From IMG/VR virus record IMGVR_UViG_3300025892_000010: a stretch of DNA of 64,000 nt; one strand, written 5' to 3'. Of the stretch, positions 46,728 to 56,209 are shown one piece after another. The number at the start of each line of letters is the position of its first letter. The stretch's first letter is position 1. A model generated the notes under the pieces. The model was not told the DNA's origin, did no database searches, and saw only the letters and a program-made list of their open reading frames with translations. Source of the stretch: a virus. A program made the position numbers and the translations under genes.

Positions 46728-47062
46728 ACTTTAGATTTTTCTCTAATCGTTTCTTTTACTTCAGGTTCTTCTATTCTTATTTCTTCTTTAACAATACCTG
46801 ATAGTTCATCAACTTTTTCATCTAATTTATCTAGTGTATTTAAAACACCTTTTAAAACTACATTATTGTTATCGTTATTTTCTTTTATCTTTGCACCAAA
46901 CTTTTTCATAATAGTTCTTCGCAACACATCTTCAGCGTCATCTTTTTTCTTCTTCGCATTAGGGGCCATATCTACACCACCGTGTGCTACTGCGTTTGTT
47001 GGTGCCTCTTCATCCATCTTATTGATGATTTCATCCATCATTTCTTTATAGTGTTTGGGCAT
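46724..47062 (-). CDS. putative internal virion protein
   Basis: KHYKEM...MDEEAPTNAV motif. Confidence 0.6.
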   Translation of the reverse strand: MPKHYKEMMDEIINKMDEEAPTNAVAHGGVDMAPNAKKKKDDAEDVLRRTIMKKFGAKIKENNDNNNVVLKGVLNTLDKLDEKVDELSGIVKEEIRIEEPEVKETIREKSKV

Positions 47063-47525
47063 ATTCTTTCTCCGATATTAGTTCGTCACCTTTTTCATAA
47101 ACATCAATACCAAAACAAGTCATATACGGCTCTTGTTCTATATCCAATTCAGGTATTTCTCCTTCTTCGGATAACATTTCATCATATAAATTTTGTTCTT
47201 TTAAATATGTTATTATTGTTGATTCAAGAGTGTCTTTATATTGAGCATAACTCTTATCTTCTTTAATTAATAAAGCTAATGCAACTGCAAAAGAACCTAG
47301 TTTAGAACCTAGACCAACTCTTTTAAGTATTTTTTTGATATTAAATACAAATCTATGTAATAAAGTGTAGTGTCTTTTCTTACTACCTAATACATTTTTA
47401 TATTTAATTAACACCTTACCATCTTTGTCAATAATACCATTCTTAAATGCACCTGTTTTTTCAAACGGTGTAATAAGCATTTTGACAACACGATAAGTTA
47501 TTAAAAAATCAATACCTCTAGCCAT
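47046..47525 (-). CDS. conserved T4-like hypothetical protein
   Basis: IDFLITYR..K.L.TPF...AFK.GIID.DG, YT.LHRFVFNIKKI, AL.LIKE. Confidence 0.75.
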   Translation of the reverse strand: MARGIDFLITYRVVKMLITPFEKTGAFKNGIIDKDGKVLIKYKNVLGSKKRHYTLLHRFVFNIKKILKRVGLGSKLGSFAVALALLIKEDKSYAQYKDTLESTIITYLKEQNLYDEMLSEEGEIPELDIEQEPYMTCFGIDVYEKGDELISEKEYAQTL

Positions 47526-47887
47526 TATAGTTCCTCTAACATCTTCTTAATGTTTTGGTCTTCTTTCTCCTCAACTAATTCGTGAGGGTAAAGGTAACCT
47601 AGATAACCACAAATAGTCTTTAGTATTGGCCAATAAACTTTATCTATTTTAAATAACAATAAAGTCATACAGGCGTCAGCACCAAAAACATTATGTAATA
47701 ATATAATATGGTTTAATACTAATCTTATCTTTAAATCACCAGACGTTTCATATTTACGAAACAATCTTTTAAGATATTTAAACCTTTTTACATCATCATC
47801 AAACTCTTGTTGTACTTCAAGAGTAGGGTTGTCATAATTATGCATAGCATATAACAACCAGTTTTGTTTGGTTATCGTATCAAACAT
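47525..47887 (-). CDS. conserved T4-like hypothetical protein
   Basis: YAMHNYDNP...EF.DD.KRFKYLKRL, RLVLNHII.L.NVFG. Confidence 0.75.
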   Translation of the reverse strand: MFDTITKQNWLLYAMHNYDNPTLEVQQEFDDDVKRFKYLKRLFRKYETSGDLKIRLVLNHIILLHNVFGADACMTLLLFKIDKVYWPILKTICGYLGYLYPHELVEEKEDQNIKKMLEEL

Positions 47888-47890
47888 TAT

Positions 47891-48328
47891 TTACACTAAT
47901 TTAGCGTAAACTTTAGACATTCCTGTTTTTAACGTTTCGTACTCTACTTGAAGTTTCAAACCACCTTCTTTTTTATGAGAAATACCATCATCATTAATAT
48001 CAGAACCATCTACGTCCTTACCAAATCTTCCTCCACCAAATTTTACTTCGGTTGTAAAGTTACCTTTTTCACCAGTAGTTTCTTGAACAGGTACAAATAG
48101 ACCTATTCTCATTAAATTATTTCTTATTTCTTCAACAGCTGTCTGAGCAGACATATATTCTTTGCTCGCTGTTCCACCAAGAAATGCATTAACTCTTTTT
48201 AAAACTTCCGGGTCTTGTATGTTGTGAACACCAATAGAACCATCTTCAAAAGAAGCTGCGTCAGGTGTACCAACGTGGCCGCCATCAAGACTTTCTTTGA
48301 TGTTTATGTGTTGTTTAAAAGTTTTCAT
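47891..48328 (-). CDS. putative internal virion protein
   Basis: MKTFKQHINIKE leader. Confidence 0.65.
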   Translation of the reverse strand: MKTFKQHINIKESLDGGHVGTPDAASFEDGSIGVHNIQDPEVLKRVNAFLGGTASKEYMSAQTAVEEIRNNLMRIGLFVPVQETTGEKGNFTTEVKFGGGRFGKDVDGSDINDDGISHKKEGGLKLQVEYETLKTGMSKVYAKLV

Positions 48329-48483
48329 TACTCTTCTTCCTTGTTTTTTTCTTCTTTGTCTTCAGATTTTTTTTTAGTTTTCATACTAGCCATAGGTTTA
48401 TTAGTACCAAGACCAGGACCTAAAATATCTTCCTCAAAGTCTTTCAAATTTTCATCTTCTATAAAAGATTTAAATTTTTTCAT
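48328..48483 (-). CDS. small putative internal virion protein
   Basis: MKKFKSFIEDENLKDFEEDILGPGLG...; TAATG coupling; not in ORF track. Confidence 0.55.
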   Translation of the reverse strand: MKKFKSFIEDENLKDFEEDILGPGLGTNKPMASMKTKKKSEDKEEKNKEEE

Positions 48484-48709
48484 TTTTACTTTTCTTTACT
48501 TTCTTTAATACGACTTCTTTATTAGTTGCCATATTGATTAAGTTGGTAGAAAATTGTATTGCACCATTTAAAGCATTTAAATTACTTTTCATAGTACCAA
48601 CATCAATTTCTACTTTTTGAATCTTATCTTTCAACTCATTAAAGTCTTTAGTAAGTCGCTGTCTTTCATCTTGCAATTCTGCTAATGTTATATTCATAAT
48701 ATTCTCCAA
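48470..48709 (-). CDS. coiled-coil hypothetical protein
   Basis: NLNALNGAIQ. Confidence 0.6.
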   Translation of the reverse strand: MENIMNITLAELQDERQRLTKDFNELKDKIQKVEIDVGTMKSNLNALNGAIQFSTNLINMATNKEVVLKKVKKSKNEKI

Positions 48710-48717
48710 TTAATAAA

Positions 48718-49176
48718 TTACGCTGTCGTACCAGTATTTGCTAAAATGTTCCAAGAACCATTTTTAAAAAAACATACGGCAGTTTGACCTGCACCAGATA
48801 ATACTATACTAGTATGACCTCGTAAGTTTGCCGGTGTAATTGTAGCATTGTTAGAACCAGTTGATGATGTATTCATAAAAATTTTGATTTGACCATCTGC
48901 ACCATTAGCTAATGTAATAGTACCTGCTTGGTTTGTTGCGTTGATTTCAGTAACCGCTGAGGTAACATCAGCCGCTAAAACTGAAGAACCATCTAACGAT
49001 AGTTGTTGTGAAGCTTGTTTCAATCCTAACCAAGTTGGTATGTTATTGAATATAGAAGCTGCATTTACTTTTTTATTGATTGGTGTTCCAGTCGGGTCAT
49101 CCACAATGTGGAATAAATCTACTGAAGCTAATGCGTTACCTAAATCGGTAAGCTGTGTGATTTTCTTATCTGCCAT
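48718..49176 (-). CDS. virion structural protein
   Basis: MADKKITQLTDL...DLFHIVDD, TLANGADGQIK; late promoter and AAGGAG RBS. Confidence 0.65.
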   Translation of the reverse strand: MADKKITQLTDLGNALASVDLFHIVDDPTGTPINKKVNAASIFNNIPTWLGLKQASQQLSLDGSSVLAADVTSAVTEINATNQAGTITLANGADGQIKIFMNTSSTGSNNATITPANLRGHTSIVLSGAGQTAVCFFKNGSWNILANTGTTA

Positions 49177-49241
49177 TTTTTCTCCTTTAAACCCTTTCGG
49201 GAATTCTACTTGCGCCAGTTGACGCAATCACTTTATTAATA

Positions 49242-49249
49242 TATTTATA
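49242..49249 (-). promoter_or_regulatory. T4-type late promoter TATAAATA
   Basis: Exact motif directly after the terminator. Confidence 0.75.
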
Positions 49250-49250
49250 A

Positions 49251-49268
49251 AGGGGGCCGAAGCCCCCT
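49251..49268 (-). terminator. terminator hairpin with UUCG loop
   Basis: AGGGGGC-TTCG-GCCCCCT then TT. Confidence 0.75.
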
Positions 49269-49282
49269 CTAATTAGTTGTTA

Positions 49283-49564
49283 TTAAGCGGCGTTAGTTAA
49301 AACTGATAAAGTCTCGTATTGTACTCTACCATTTCTACCACCTGAACCAGTAATTTTTAAGTTCCAACCTGCGTGGCCAGCACCTGCCGGTACTTCACCA
49401 TCTGCATAGTTAAATAAACCCAATGTGACACCTGTAATAAAGTTGTCAGCAGTTGCGTCTTCAAATAAGTTAGTTCTATTTGCACTTGTTGGTGCTAATT
49501 TAGCAGCGGCACAAGCCCATAAAGGTGCTCCTGCAGCTGAATCTGCGCTAGTTTGCATAGACAT
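49283..49564 (-). CDS. small virion structural protein
   Basis: HAGW...GR.GRVQYETL motif; own late promoter and terminator. Confidence 0.6.
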   Translation of the reverse strand: MSMQTSADSAAGAPLWACAAAKLAPTSANRTNLFEDATADNFITGVTLGLFNYADGEVPAGAGHAGWNLKITGSGGRNGRVQYETLSVLTNAA

Positions 49565-49616
49565 AGTATTCTCTCCCTTTGTTAAATTTAGGTACTCAAT
49601 TCTTAATATGTACCAC

Positions 49617-49624
49617 TATTTATA
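49617..49624 (-). promoter_or_regulatory. T4-type late promoter TATAAATA
   Basis: Exact motif. Confidence 0.75.
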
Positions 49625-49630
49625 AGGGAT

Positions 49631-50113
49631 TTAATCTTCTAGGAGTTTTTTGAGAAGTCTGATAGTTCTTGAAGTATCACCATTATGGACAACACCTTGT
49701 CCACCTTTAGCTCTAAATTCATTAACGTTTTTAGGATAATCGTCTATCAGTATTGAATTCTTATCTGCGTATTGTTGTTTTTGTACACGCTTAACAAGAT
49801 TAATTCTATTAGAGGCAATGCCAAGATTTTTGGTTGCCCAATATTTTTTACCAGGTATACAATTCTTATCGTAAGTATCCTCTACGTAAGCTGATAAAAT
49901 TTCTGTATTATATTTTTTTAGGAAGTTCCAGAGTTGTTTGCCGCCTTTATGCCAAGGTAATGTAGACCAAAAATCTGGTTTACTTTTGATAGTACCCCAT
50001 TTTTCAGACTTACTGCCTTGAGCCCAAACGTCAATCTTCTTGCCGGTAAGTGTTTCAGCACCTTTTACAAAGTCGCATAGCACACCATCCATATCACAAT
50101 AGATTTTTTTCAT
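49631..50113 (-). CDS. HAD-family 5'(3')-nucleotidase
   Basis: IYCDMDGVLCDF, FW..LP, ILS, K..W, ILIDD...NV.EF...GG. Confidence 0.85.
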   Translation of the reverse strand: MKKIYCDMDGVLCDFVKGAETLTGKKIDVWAQGSKSEKWGTIKSKPDFWSTLPWHKGGKQLWNFLKKYNTEILSAYVEDTYDKNCIPGKKYWATKNLGIASNRINLVKRVQKQQYADKNSILIDDYPKNVNEFRAKGGQGVVHNGDTSRTIRLLKKLLED

Positions 50114-50173
50114 AGTGTTTGTCCTTTCATACTAGTATAATAACACATCCAATATAAAAGGCAAGCGTTAATT

Positions 50174-50446
50174 TTACTTATTATACGTGATTTTTGGCTC
50201 GGTATCAACTTTAGTTTTAGTTTCACCAGACATTGTTTTGCCTTTGCCCTCTGATTCTTTTTTATACTTTGAGTCCATCTTATTGAAAAAATCTTTTTTC
50301 TCTTGGTCAGACATTGAAGCCAAACCTTTACCAGTTTTTTCTAATTCTTTTTTGAACATTTGTTGGTAAGCAGAATCATTAATATATTTTGTAAGGTCTT
50401 TAGTTGCTTCCTCTAAACTACCTGATTTTGAATTAAAATATCCCAT
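50174..50446 (-). CDS. putative internal virion protein
   Basis: SGSLEE; YQ.MFKK.L.K.G...M...EKK.FFN. Confidence 0.6.
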   Translation of the reverse strand: MGYFNSKSGSLEEATKDLTKYINDSAYQQMFKKELEKTGKGLASMSDQEKKDFFNKMDSKYKKESEGKGKTMSGETKTKVDTEPKITYNK

Positions 50447-53400
50447 TATTTTCCTTTTACTTGTTTTGCTAAATCTTTATCTGCACCACCCCAAGTACCA
50501 CTTGATTTGGTTACAAAAGAATTAACTCTTGCGAAAGCCCATTGTTGTTGAGTAGCACCTGGTCTGTGGCCACCTCGCCAAGCTGCCATACCTCTATCGT
50601 AAACTTTTTTAAGAATACCATAAGGCATTCCTGATTTTTCAGCCTTATTTTTTAAACCTGCAATTTGTTCAAAGACTGCCCTAGCTGGGTGTTCTTCGTT
50701 CTTCATTTTAGGTTTCATACCTTGTTTTTTTAATCTGTCCATATCTGCAACAGCAGGAGCATTTTCAGCTTTTACTTTTGCACCATAAAAGTTTTTAAGG
50801 TCGTGAGCATACTTGTTTAAGTCTGCACCTTTACCATCTACTTTCATAACCGTACCTTTAGCATTAATAGTAAAACCTTGTTTTGCTAAATCAGTAGAAG
50901 CTTTTGACATATCATCCATAGATTTAAATGTAATAGTCATCTTTTTAAACTCATTTAAATCTTCGTTAGTTCTTTTCAAAACCTTTTGTACATCTGGATG
51001 TTTTGATAAACCTTTTGCAAGTTTCTCAATAGCTTTGACAGCGCCAGTATAATTACCTTGTTTGTATCTAGGGTCATTTGCAATACCGTATGCTTGTTTA
51101 ATTTGTTGTGAAGTAAACTCTACAAGTGTTTCTTCAGGCACACAATTAGGTACTTGTTTGCCACCTTTATCTTTCATACCAACTTGTTTGTAACCTGTCC
51201 AACAAGCTTCAAACATTTCTTCATCCATTTCTTCACCGAATTGGATATTTTTTACCGTAAATTTCATATTTCTTACTGCAAGTTTACTTCTTGAACCACT
51301 TGAAATAAAAGGTATGTTTTCTTTACCTAATTTTTGTAAGTCTGCTTCTTTAAATTTATCAAGAATATTCATAAGTTGTTTTGCTCTAGCAGCTGTAATC
51401 TTTTTATTTCTAAAAGGTTCGTATTCTTTTTTAAGAGTTGCAATCATTTGAGGTGTAATACCAGCTTCTGAAATTACTTCTTCATTTTTATATTTCTTTT
51501 CTAGTATCAATCTGCCTACATAACCTAATTTATCTTCATTTTTTCTTGTCATCTTTGATAAATCTTTAAACATATCTAAAGCAGCTTCTAATGAAGAATT
51601 ACATTTATGTGATTTTGTATAATTATCGTGGTCAGCATTTTCATCATAACAAAACTCTAATTCACCTGCAATCATTTCAAGTTTCTCTTTCATTTTTTCG
51701 TCTTTAGTTTCATCTGCTACACTTAATAATGAGTTAGCCATATCTTCTAGGTTCTGAAGTGTCTCTATAACTTCTGGTCTAAAACCTTTTTTAGCATTTG
51801 ACATACCACTACCAGGACTGCCTTCAGTTTTATCTGCATTTACCATATCAACTATTGTTTTTAAAGTTGCTGTACCATCTTTAATTAATGGTCCCATATT
51901 TTTTGAAGTCTGTTGAGGCATATCACCATATGCTTGGTCATTAAATAAATCTATTTGTTTATCAGCTACTTTCATTTTTTCTAATGACGCTAATTTTTTA
52001 CCACTAAATTTTGCCATCAAATCTTGAAATGCCGCTTCTGCTTTATCTGGTTCTGCTTCAGCAACATCACTACCTACATACCCAAGTTCATCTGCAAGGT
52101 CATCAAGACCCATTTCTCTACATTTTTCTATAGCAGCGTCAAATGAAAATTCATCATCAAAATCTAATTCTATTGGATTGCCATCTTCATCTTCTAAATC
52201 ACCATTGTCTAGGTCTTTTAAAAAGTTTCTTGATTTAATTTGTGTATCGTCTGCTTCTTTTGGTTTATCTTTTTTAGGTGCTTCAGGTTTTTTAGGAGCA
52301 GGTGTATCAGATTTTGGTTCATCATCTTTACCTACTTTTACTAGATTATCACCAGAAGTTTTATGAGTTACCTTACCATCTTTACCATAACGACCAAACT
52401 TCATATAGTCTAGTCCCATACCTTTTGCTTTATCAGAGGCAGCCGATTCTGTCATTTCTTCTTCTTCATCATTAAGTTTAGGTTTATCTTTACCCACTTG
52501 AGCAATCATATCTGAACGTTTTTTTGCTTCTTGTTCTTCTTTTTCTTTTTCCATCTTTTGCTTTAGATGTTTATAAGCAATACCTACCTGTAATAATGGT
52601 TCGCCTGTTTCAGGATTAACCATTTTATCTTGTGCTGTTCTAGCTCTTTGTGCTTGTTTCTGTGCGTCTGTTTGTGCTTTTTGTTTTACAGCAACCGTTT
52701 GCTCTCTACTTTTTTCTAATTCTTTTTTAAGTTTTTCTACTTCACCATTTTCTGCTTCTTCTAAACTTTCTTTGTATATAAAATCACCTGCATAGTCATT
52801 AAGTTTGTCAACTTCTCTATCAGAAATATAATTACCATCTTTCTCCATACCATTCATAGATACATCTAAAACAGACCTAGACCCTCTAGCTTGTGCTTGT
52901 TTGACGATTTTATTTAATGCTTGACCAAACTTTTTAGCAGCATCCTTAGGACTAAAAGCATTGATATTCATTTCTTTACCCTGGCCAACATATCTATTAT
53001 CAGCACCACTACTTGAATCTACATCATAATTAATAGTAAATTTTGCCTCTTCTAATTCTTCTTCTTTTACTTCAACAGGTACATCATTTTCAGGTGCTAC
53101 ATCTGTTTTTTCTTTCTTCTTTACAGCTTCTTCCCAAGTCTCAACGGTTTCTTTAATCTTATCTGTCTTAGCTTTTGCTTGAGCGTCTTGCATATCTTGA
53201 GCAGAATCACCCTCTGATTCACCTAGAATTGCTTTTACCGTTTTTACATCTATGCCTAATTCTTTTGCAATCTTAGCCGCTGACGCACCTTGTTTTCTCA
53301 TTGCGTCTATATCTGACATTCTACCTTCAACTAAATCTGATAGTTGATTAATACCTGCGTGTTTGATTGCTAGTTGTGTAGGGACATCCATATTTGCAAT

Positions 53401-53562
53401 CATTTTTTTGACTGCTGGTGTCACATCTGATTTTGTTTTATGTTTCCATAAATTTTTAATGTTCTTAATTTGTGTGTCATTCAGTCTTGATTGTAAGTAA
53501 CCAACTTCATTTAAGTTTACTTCAGCCATTGCTTCTGACATTGTTTTTCTATATCTACTCAT
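50446..53562 (-). CDS. large modular putative internal virion polyprotein with C-terminal DUF5824-like module
   Basis: Start MSRYRK (TAATG coupled); many hydrophobic-X-E linkers; ACW.GYKQVG.K.KGGK.VPNCVP; VYDRGMAAWRGGHRPGATQQQWAFARVNSF. Confidence 0.75.
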   Translation of the reverse strand: MSRYRKTMSEAMAEVNLNEVGYLQSRLNDTQIKNIKNLWKHKTKSDVTPAVKKMIANMDVPTQLAIKHAGINQLSDLVEGRMSDIDAMRKQGASAAKIAKELGIDVKTVKAILGESEGDSAQDMQDAQAKAKTDKIKETVETWEEAVKKKEKTDVAPENDVPVEVKEEELEEAKFTINYDVDSSSGADNRYVGQGKEMNINAFSPKDAAKKFGQALNKIVKQAQARGSRSVLDVSMNGMEKDGNYISDREVDKLNDYAGDFIYKESLEEAENGEVEKLKKELEKSREQTVAVKQKAQTDAQKQAQRARTAQDKMVNPETGEPLLQVGIAYKHLKQKMEKEKEEQEAKKRSDMIAQVGKDKPKLNDEEEEMTESAASDKAKGMGLDYMKFGRYGKDGKVTHKTSGDNLVKVGKDDEPKSDTPAPKKPEAPKKDKPKEADDTQIKSRNFLKDLDNGDLEDEDGNPIELDFDDEFSFDAAIEKCREMGLDDLADELGYVGSDVAEAEPDKAEAAFQDLMAKFSGKKLASLEKMKVADKQIDLFNDQAYGDMPQQTSKNMGPLIKDGTATLKTIVDMVNADKTEGSPGSGMSNAKKGFRPEVIETLQNLEDMANSLLSVADETKDEKMKEKLEMIAGELEFCYDENADHDNYTKSHKCNSSLEAALDMFKDLSKMTRKNEDKLGYVGRLILEKKYKNEEVISEAGITPQMIATLKKEYEPFRNKKITAARAKQLMNILDKFKEADLQKLGKENIPFISSGSRSKLAVRNMKFTVKNIQFGEEMDEEMFEACWTGYKQVGMKDKGGKQVPNCVPEETLVEFTSQQIKQAYGIANDPRYKQGNYTGAVKAIEKLAKGLSKHPDVQKVLKRTNEDLNEFKKMTITFKSMDDMSKASTDLAKQGFTINAKGTVMKVDGKGADLNKYAHDLKNFYGAKVKAENAPAVADMDRLKKQGMKPKMKNEEHPARAVFEQIAGLKNKAEKSGMPYGILKKVYDRGMAAWRGGHRPGATQQQWAFARVNSFVTKSSGTWGGADKDLAKQVKGK

Positions 53563-53912
53563 TAGTTGTTTACCTTTGCTCCTGCTCTCCATTGATAACA
53601 AGACCAATATCGTGCTTTCCATTTAGGACCTGGATTATCACAATTGTGCCTTGCTCTAAACGATTTACGTCTAGCTGGGTCGTCTCTTTTAATACTTAAA
53701 CCTGTTGTGTCACCAAATGATACTTTAACTACATTACCTTTTTCGTTCTTAACATAAACATAAAACTTCTTACTACCACCACGAATTGGGTCATTAAGTT
53801 TGACCTTTTTGCCTTGATATTCAGACTCTTGTAAAGGTTCGTGTTCGTGTTCAAAAATACACTCATCACATTCTTTATCGTAGTTTTCAAATTCTTTTAA
53901 TGTTTTTACCAT
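53562..53912 (-). CDS. DUF6321-like conserved protein
   Basis: MVKTLKEF leader; EYQGKKVKLN, KV.FGD, RRKSFRARHNC, ARYWSC. Confidence 0.75.
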   Translation of the reverse strand: MVKTLKEFENYDKECDECIFEHEHEPLQESEYQGKKVKLNDPIRGGSKKFYVYVKNEKGNVVKVSFGDTTGLSIKRDDPARRKSFRARHNCDNPGPKWKARYWSCYQWRAGAKVNN

Positions 53913-56209
53913 TAGACTTTCTCTATCATTTTAGCAACAGCCTCTTTTAGCTTTGCTTCCCATTGTTCTTTATAACGTTCCCTATATTTATTCATTGTGG
54001 ACTCTGTAGCTGCCCATTCTTTTATATCTTTTTCAGTAGGGTTATCCGTTTCTCTTTCTAGGAAACCTTTGATTTTCTTCTTAACTGCCATATCACCACT
54101 ACCTGGTTGTGACGGTTTGTATGTAGGATTTTCATATCCTGCATAGTCTGGTTCACCTGGTGTTATGGTTGATGTATGTTTAGCGTAGTCGTTACCAATG
54201 TCTGTCGCCTCTTTAATCTTTGAAACGAGGTCTTTTCGTAATTCTCCAAACATTTTTTTATATTTCTGCGTGTGTTTAGATGGTTTAGTTTTAGCTGTCT
54301 TATCTCCAGGTGCTGGAGTGTTGTCATTCTTGGTTGTGTCTTTGCCTTTAAAATGGCCAGCTCGTTTATCTTTAACATCTTTTTTTAGTCCACTATAATA
54401 CTTTTTAGGTTGTGTTCCTTTTTTATCTTTCACGTCTTTATCTTGAGCTAATCTATCAGTATGTGCTTTAGAAGCCTCTGATACTGCCTCAAATCCATAG
54501 TCAACGTCTAGGTTATATTCCCTCACGTCTACCTCTCTATCTGCCGATACAGGTACACAATCCCATATCCAAGCTTTATGTAAATTATTTTTATCGTCTT
54601 CTAATACGACATAATTAGTACCTTTTCTTTTTACGGTACCTTGTATATCTTCTTTGACATAATCAACTTTGTCACCAATATTAAATATCATTTCTCTAAT
54701 ATATAAATCTCTAATTTGTTGGTGTTCAAAGTCTTTAAATGGTACAACTTCTTTAGTCTCGCCTGTGTATTGAGCGGCTAAATTCATACCTTGTCTTACT
54801 TGTTTCATTATAGCATTTGCGTCAACACCTCTTGGTAGTCCTCTTTTAAAACTAGCAATATCGTTGCTTGAAGCAGCTGCTCTCATTTTACTCGCTGACA
54901 TACCTGATACGTTATCGGCATCGGGGTCTCTTTCGCCAGCAGATACAACATCAATATTATCAAAGTTATAATAACCGTGTCTTGATTTTACATCATTATA
55001 CTTTTTAATTATTGTATCAAATTCTCTAACTCTATCACTACCTACAACCATAGTTATATCACTATAACCTTTTTTGTAAAGTAATGTACAAATATCTAAT
55101 ATCATATTTGTATTATTAACTTCTATATTTCTTGCGTGTCTAGGAAACATCTTTTTCATTATGTCTAGTTTTTGTCTAGGCGATAATGGATTCTTTTTAG
55201 GGTCCTGACTTCTACTTAAATAAATTCTGTAATCGTTTGACCTAATACTTGCCACTTTATTAATTAACTTTTCGTGACCAGTTGTAGGTGGATTAAATCT
55301 ACCAAAACTAAATGCGATTGACTTGCCTTTAGCTTCGTGCATTTCTAAATCATCTATCTCTTTATCGGTAACTTTACCGTCATCTAAAATCTTTTTACAT
55401 TTTTTATAGAAGTTTAAATAGTGATATTTTTCTAACATCTTATAGATAACATTTTTAGGTAATCTATTCTTAATACCAAACTTTTGTATTTCGTCTGGTG
55501 TCATATCTGAATCAAAAGCAGCTCTTCTATCTGCGTCAACACCATCACCTACTTTAATAATGGCTTTGATACTATCTTCTATTTCTTCTAACTTATCGTT
55601 AATTCTATCTTGTAAATTTAAAATATCATTAGGTTCTAATTCTTCTAATTCTCTGTAATCAATAATGTCTCTTTTTAATTCACCTTTGATAACATCTAAC
55701 TCTTGTACTTTTTTCTCAAAATCTTTTAAGTATAAACTAGGGTCAAATGTAAAATCGTCAGGTCTTTTTATAAACTTATTACCCTCAATATCAAATACTG
55801 CGTCTGCCTTTTTATTCTGGTCATCATAAGTTTGTTTGTCTGTAATAAAATAATAATTAATAGGGTGTTTAGAACCTGGTATTAATTTGCCTTGTATGTT
55901 ATCTGGATTAGAAGCAGACAAATACTTTTTAGATAGTCTTAATCTTTCTTCTTCTTGTTTATCAACAGGTACATCAAACAATACATTAAGGTCTAGGTCT
56001 GCGTCATTTCTATATCTCTTTGTAAGAATAGAACCGATAAGAGAAACTTTTAAAACAGGATACTCACTTTCAAATTCTTCTAGTTGTTTATTGATTAATA
56101 CAACAACACTAGGTTTGATTTTAGGATTAGGAGTATCAGCGTCATCAAACACAGCCTTAGCATATGTTCTTCTTGGTATATCTATGATACTTTCTTTAAA
56201 CGTTTTCAT
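53912..56209 (-). CDS. fusion of pol-beta-type nucleotidyltransferase and HIGH-family cytidylyltransferase, plus SH3-like and DUF5824-N-like modules
   Basis: MKTFKES leader; IGS..Y..DADLDL; FGRFNPPTTGHEKL, VVGSDRV, SAGERD, MSASKMR. Confidence 0.8.
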   Translation of the reverse strand: MKTFKESIIDIPRRTYAKAVFDDADTPNPKIKPSVVVLINKQLEEFESEYPVLKVSLIGSILTKRYRNDADLDLNVLFDVPVDKQEEERLRLSKKYLSASNPDNIQGKLIPGSKHPINYYFITDKQTYDDQNKKADAVFDIEGNKFIKRPDDFTFDPSLYLKDFEKKVQELDVIKGELKRDIIDYRELEELEPNDILNLQDRINDKLEEIEDSIKAIIKVGDGVDADRRAAFDSDMTPDEIQKFGIKNRLPKNVIYKMLEKYHYLNFYKKCKKILDDGKVTDKEIDDLEMHEAKGKSIAFSFGRFNPPTTGHEKLINKVASIRSNDYRIYLSRSQDPKKNPLSPRQKLDIMKKMFPRHARNIEVNNTNMILDICTLLYKKGYSDITMVVGSDRVREFDTIIKKYNDVKSRHGYYNFDNIDVVSAGERDPDADNVSGMSASKMRAAASSNDIASFKRGLPRGVDANAIMKQVRQGMNLAAQYTGETKEVVPFKDFEHQQIRDLYIREMIFNIGDKVDYVKEDIQGTVKRKGTNYVVLEDDKNNLHKAWIWDCVPVSADREVDVREYNLDVDYGFEAVSEASKAHTDRLAQDKDVKDKKGTQPKKYYSGLKKDVKDKRAGHFKGKDTTKNDNTPAPGDKTAKTKPSKHTQKYKKMFGELRKDLVSKIKEATDIGNDYAKHTSTITPGEPDYAGYENPTYKPSQPGSGDMAVKKKIKGFLERETDNPTEKDIKEWAATESTMNKYRERYKEQWEAKLKEAVAKMIEKV

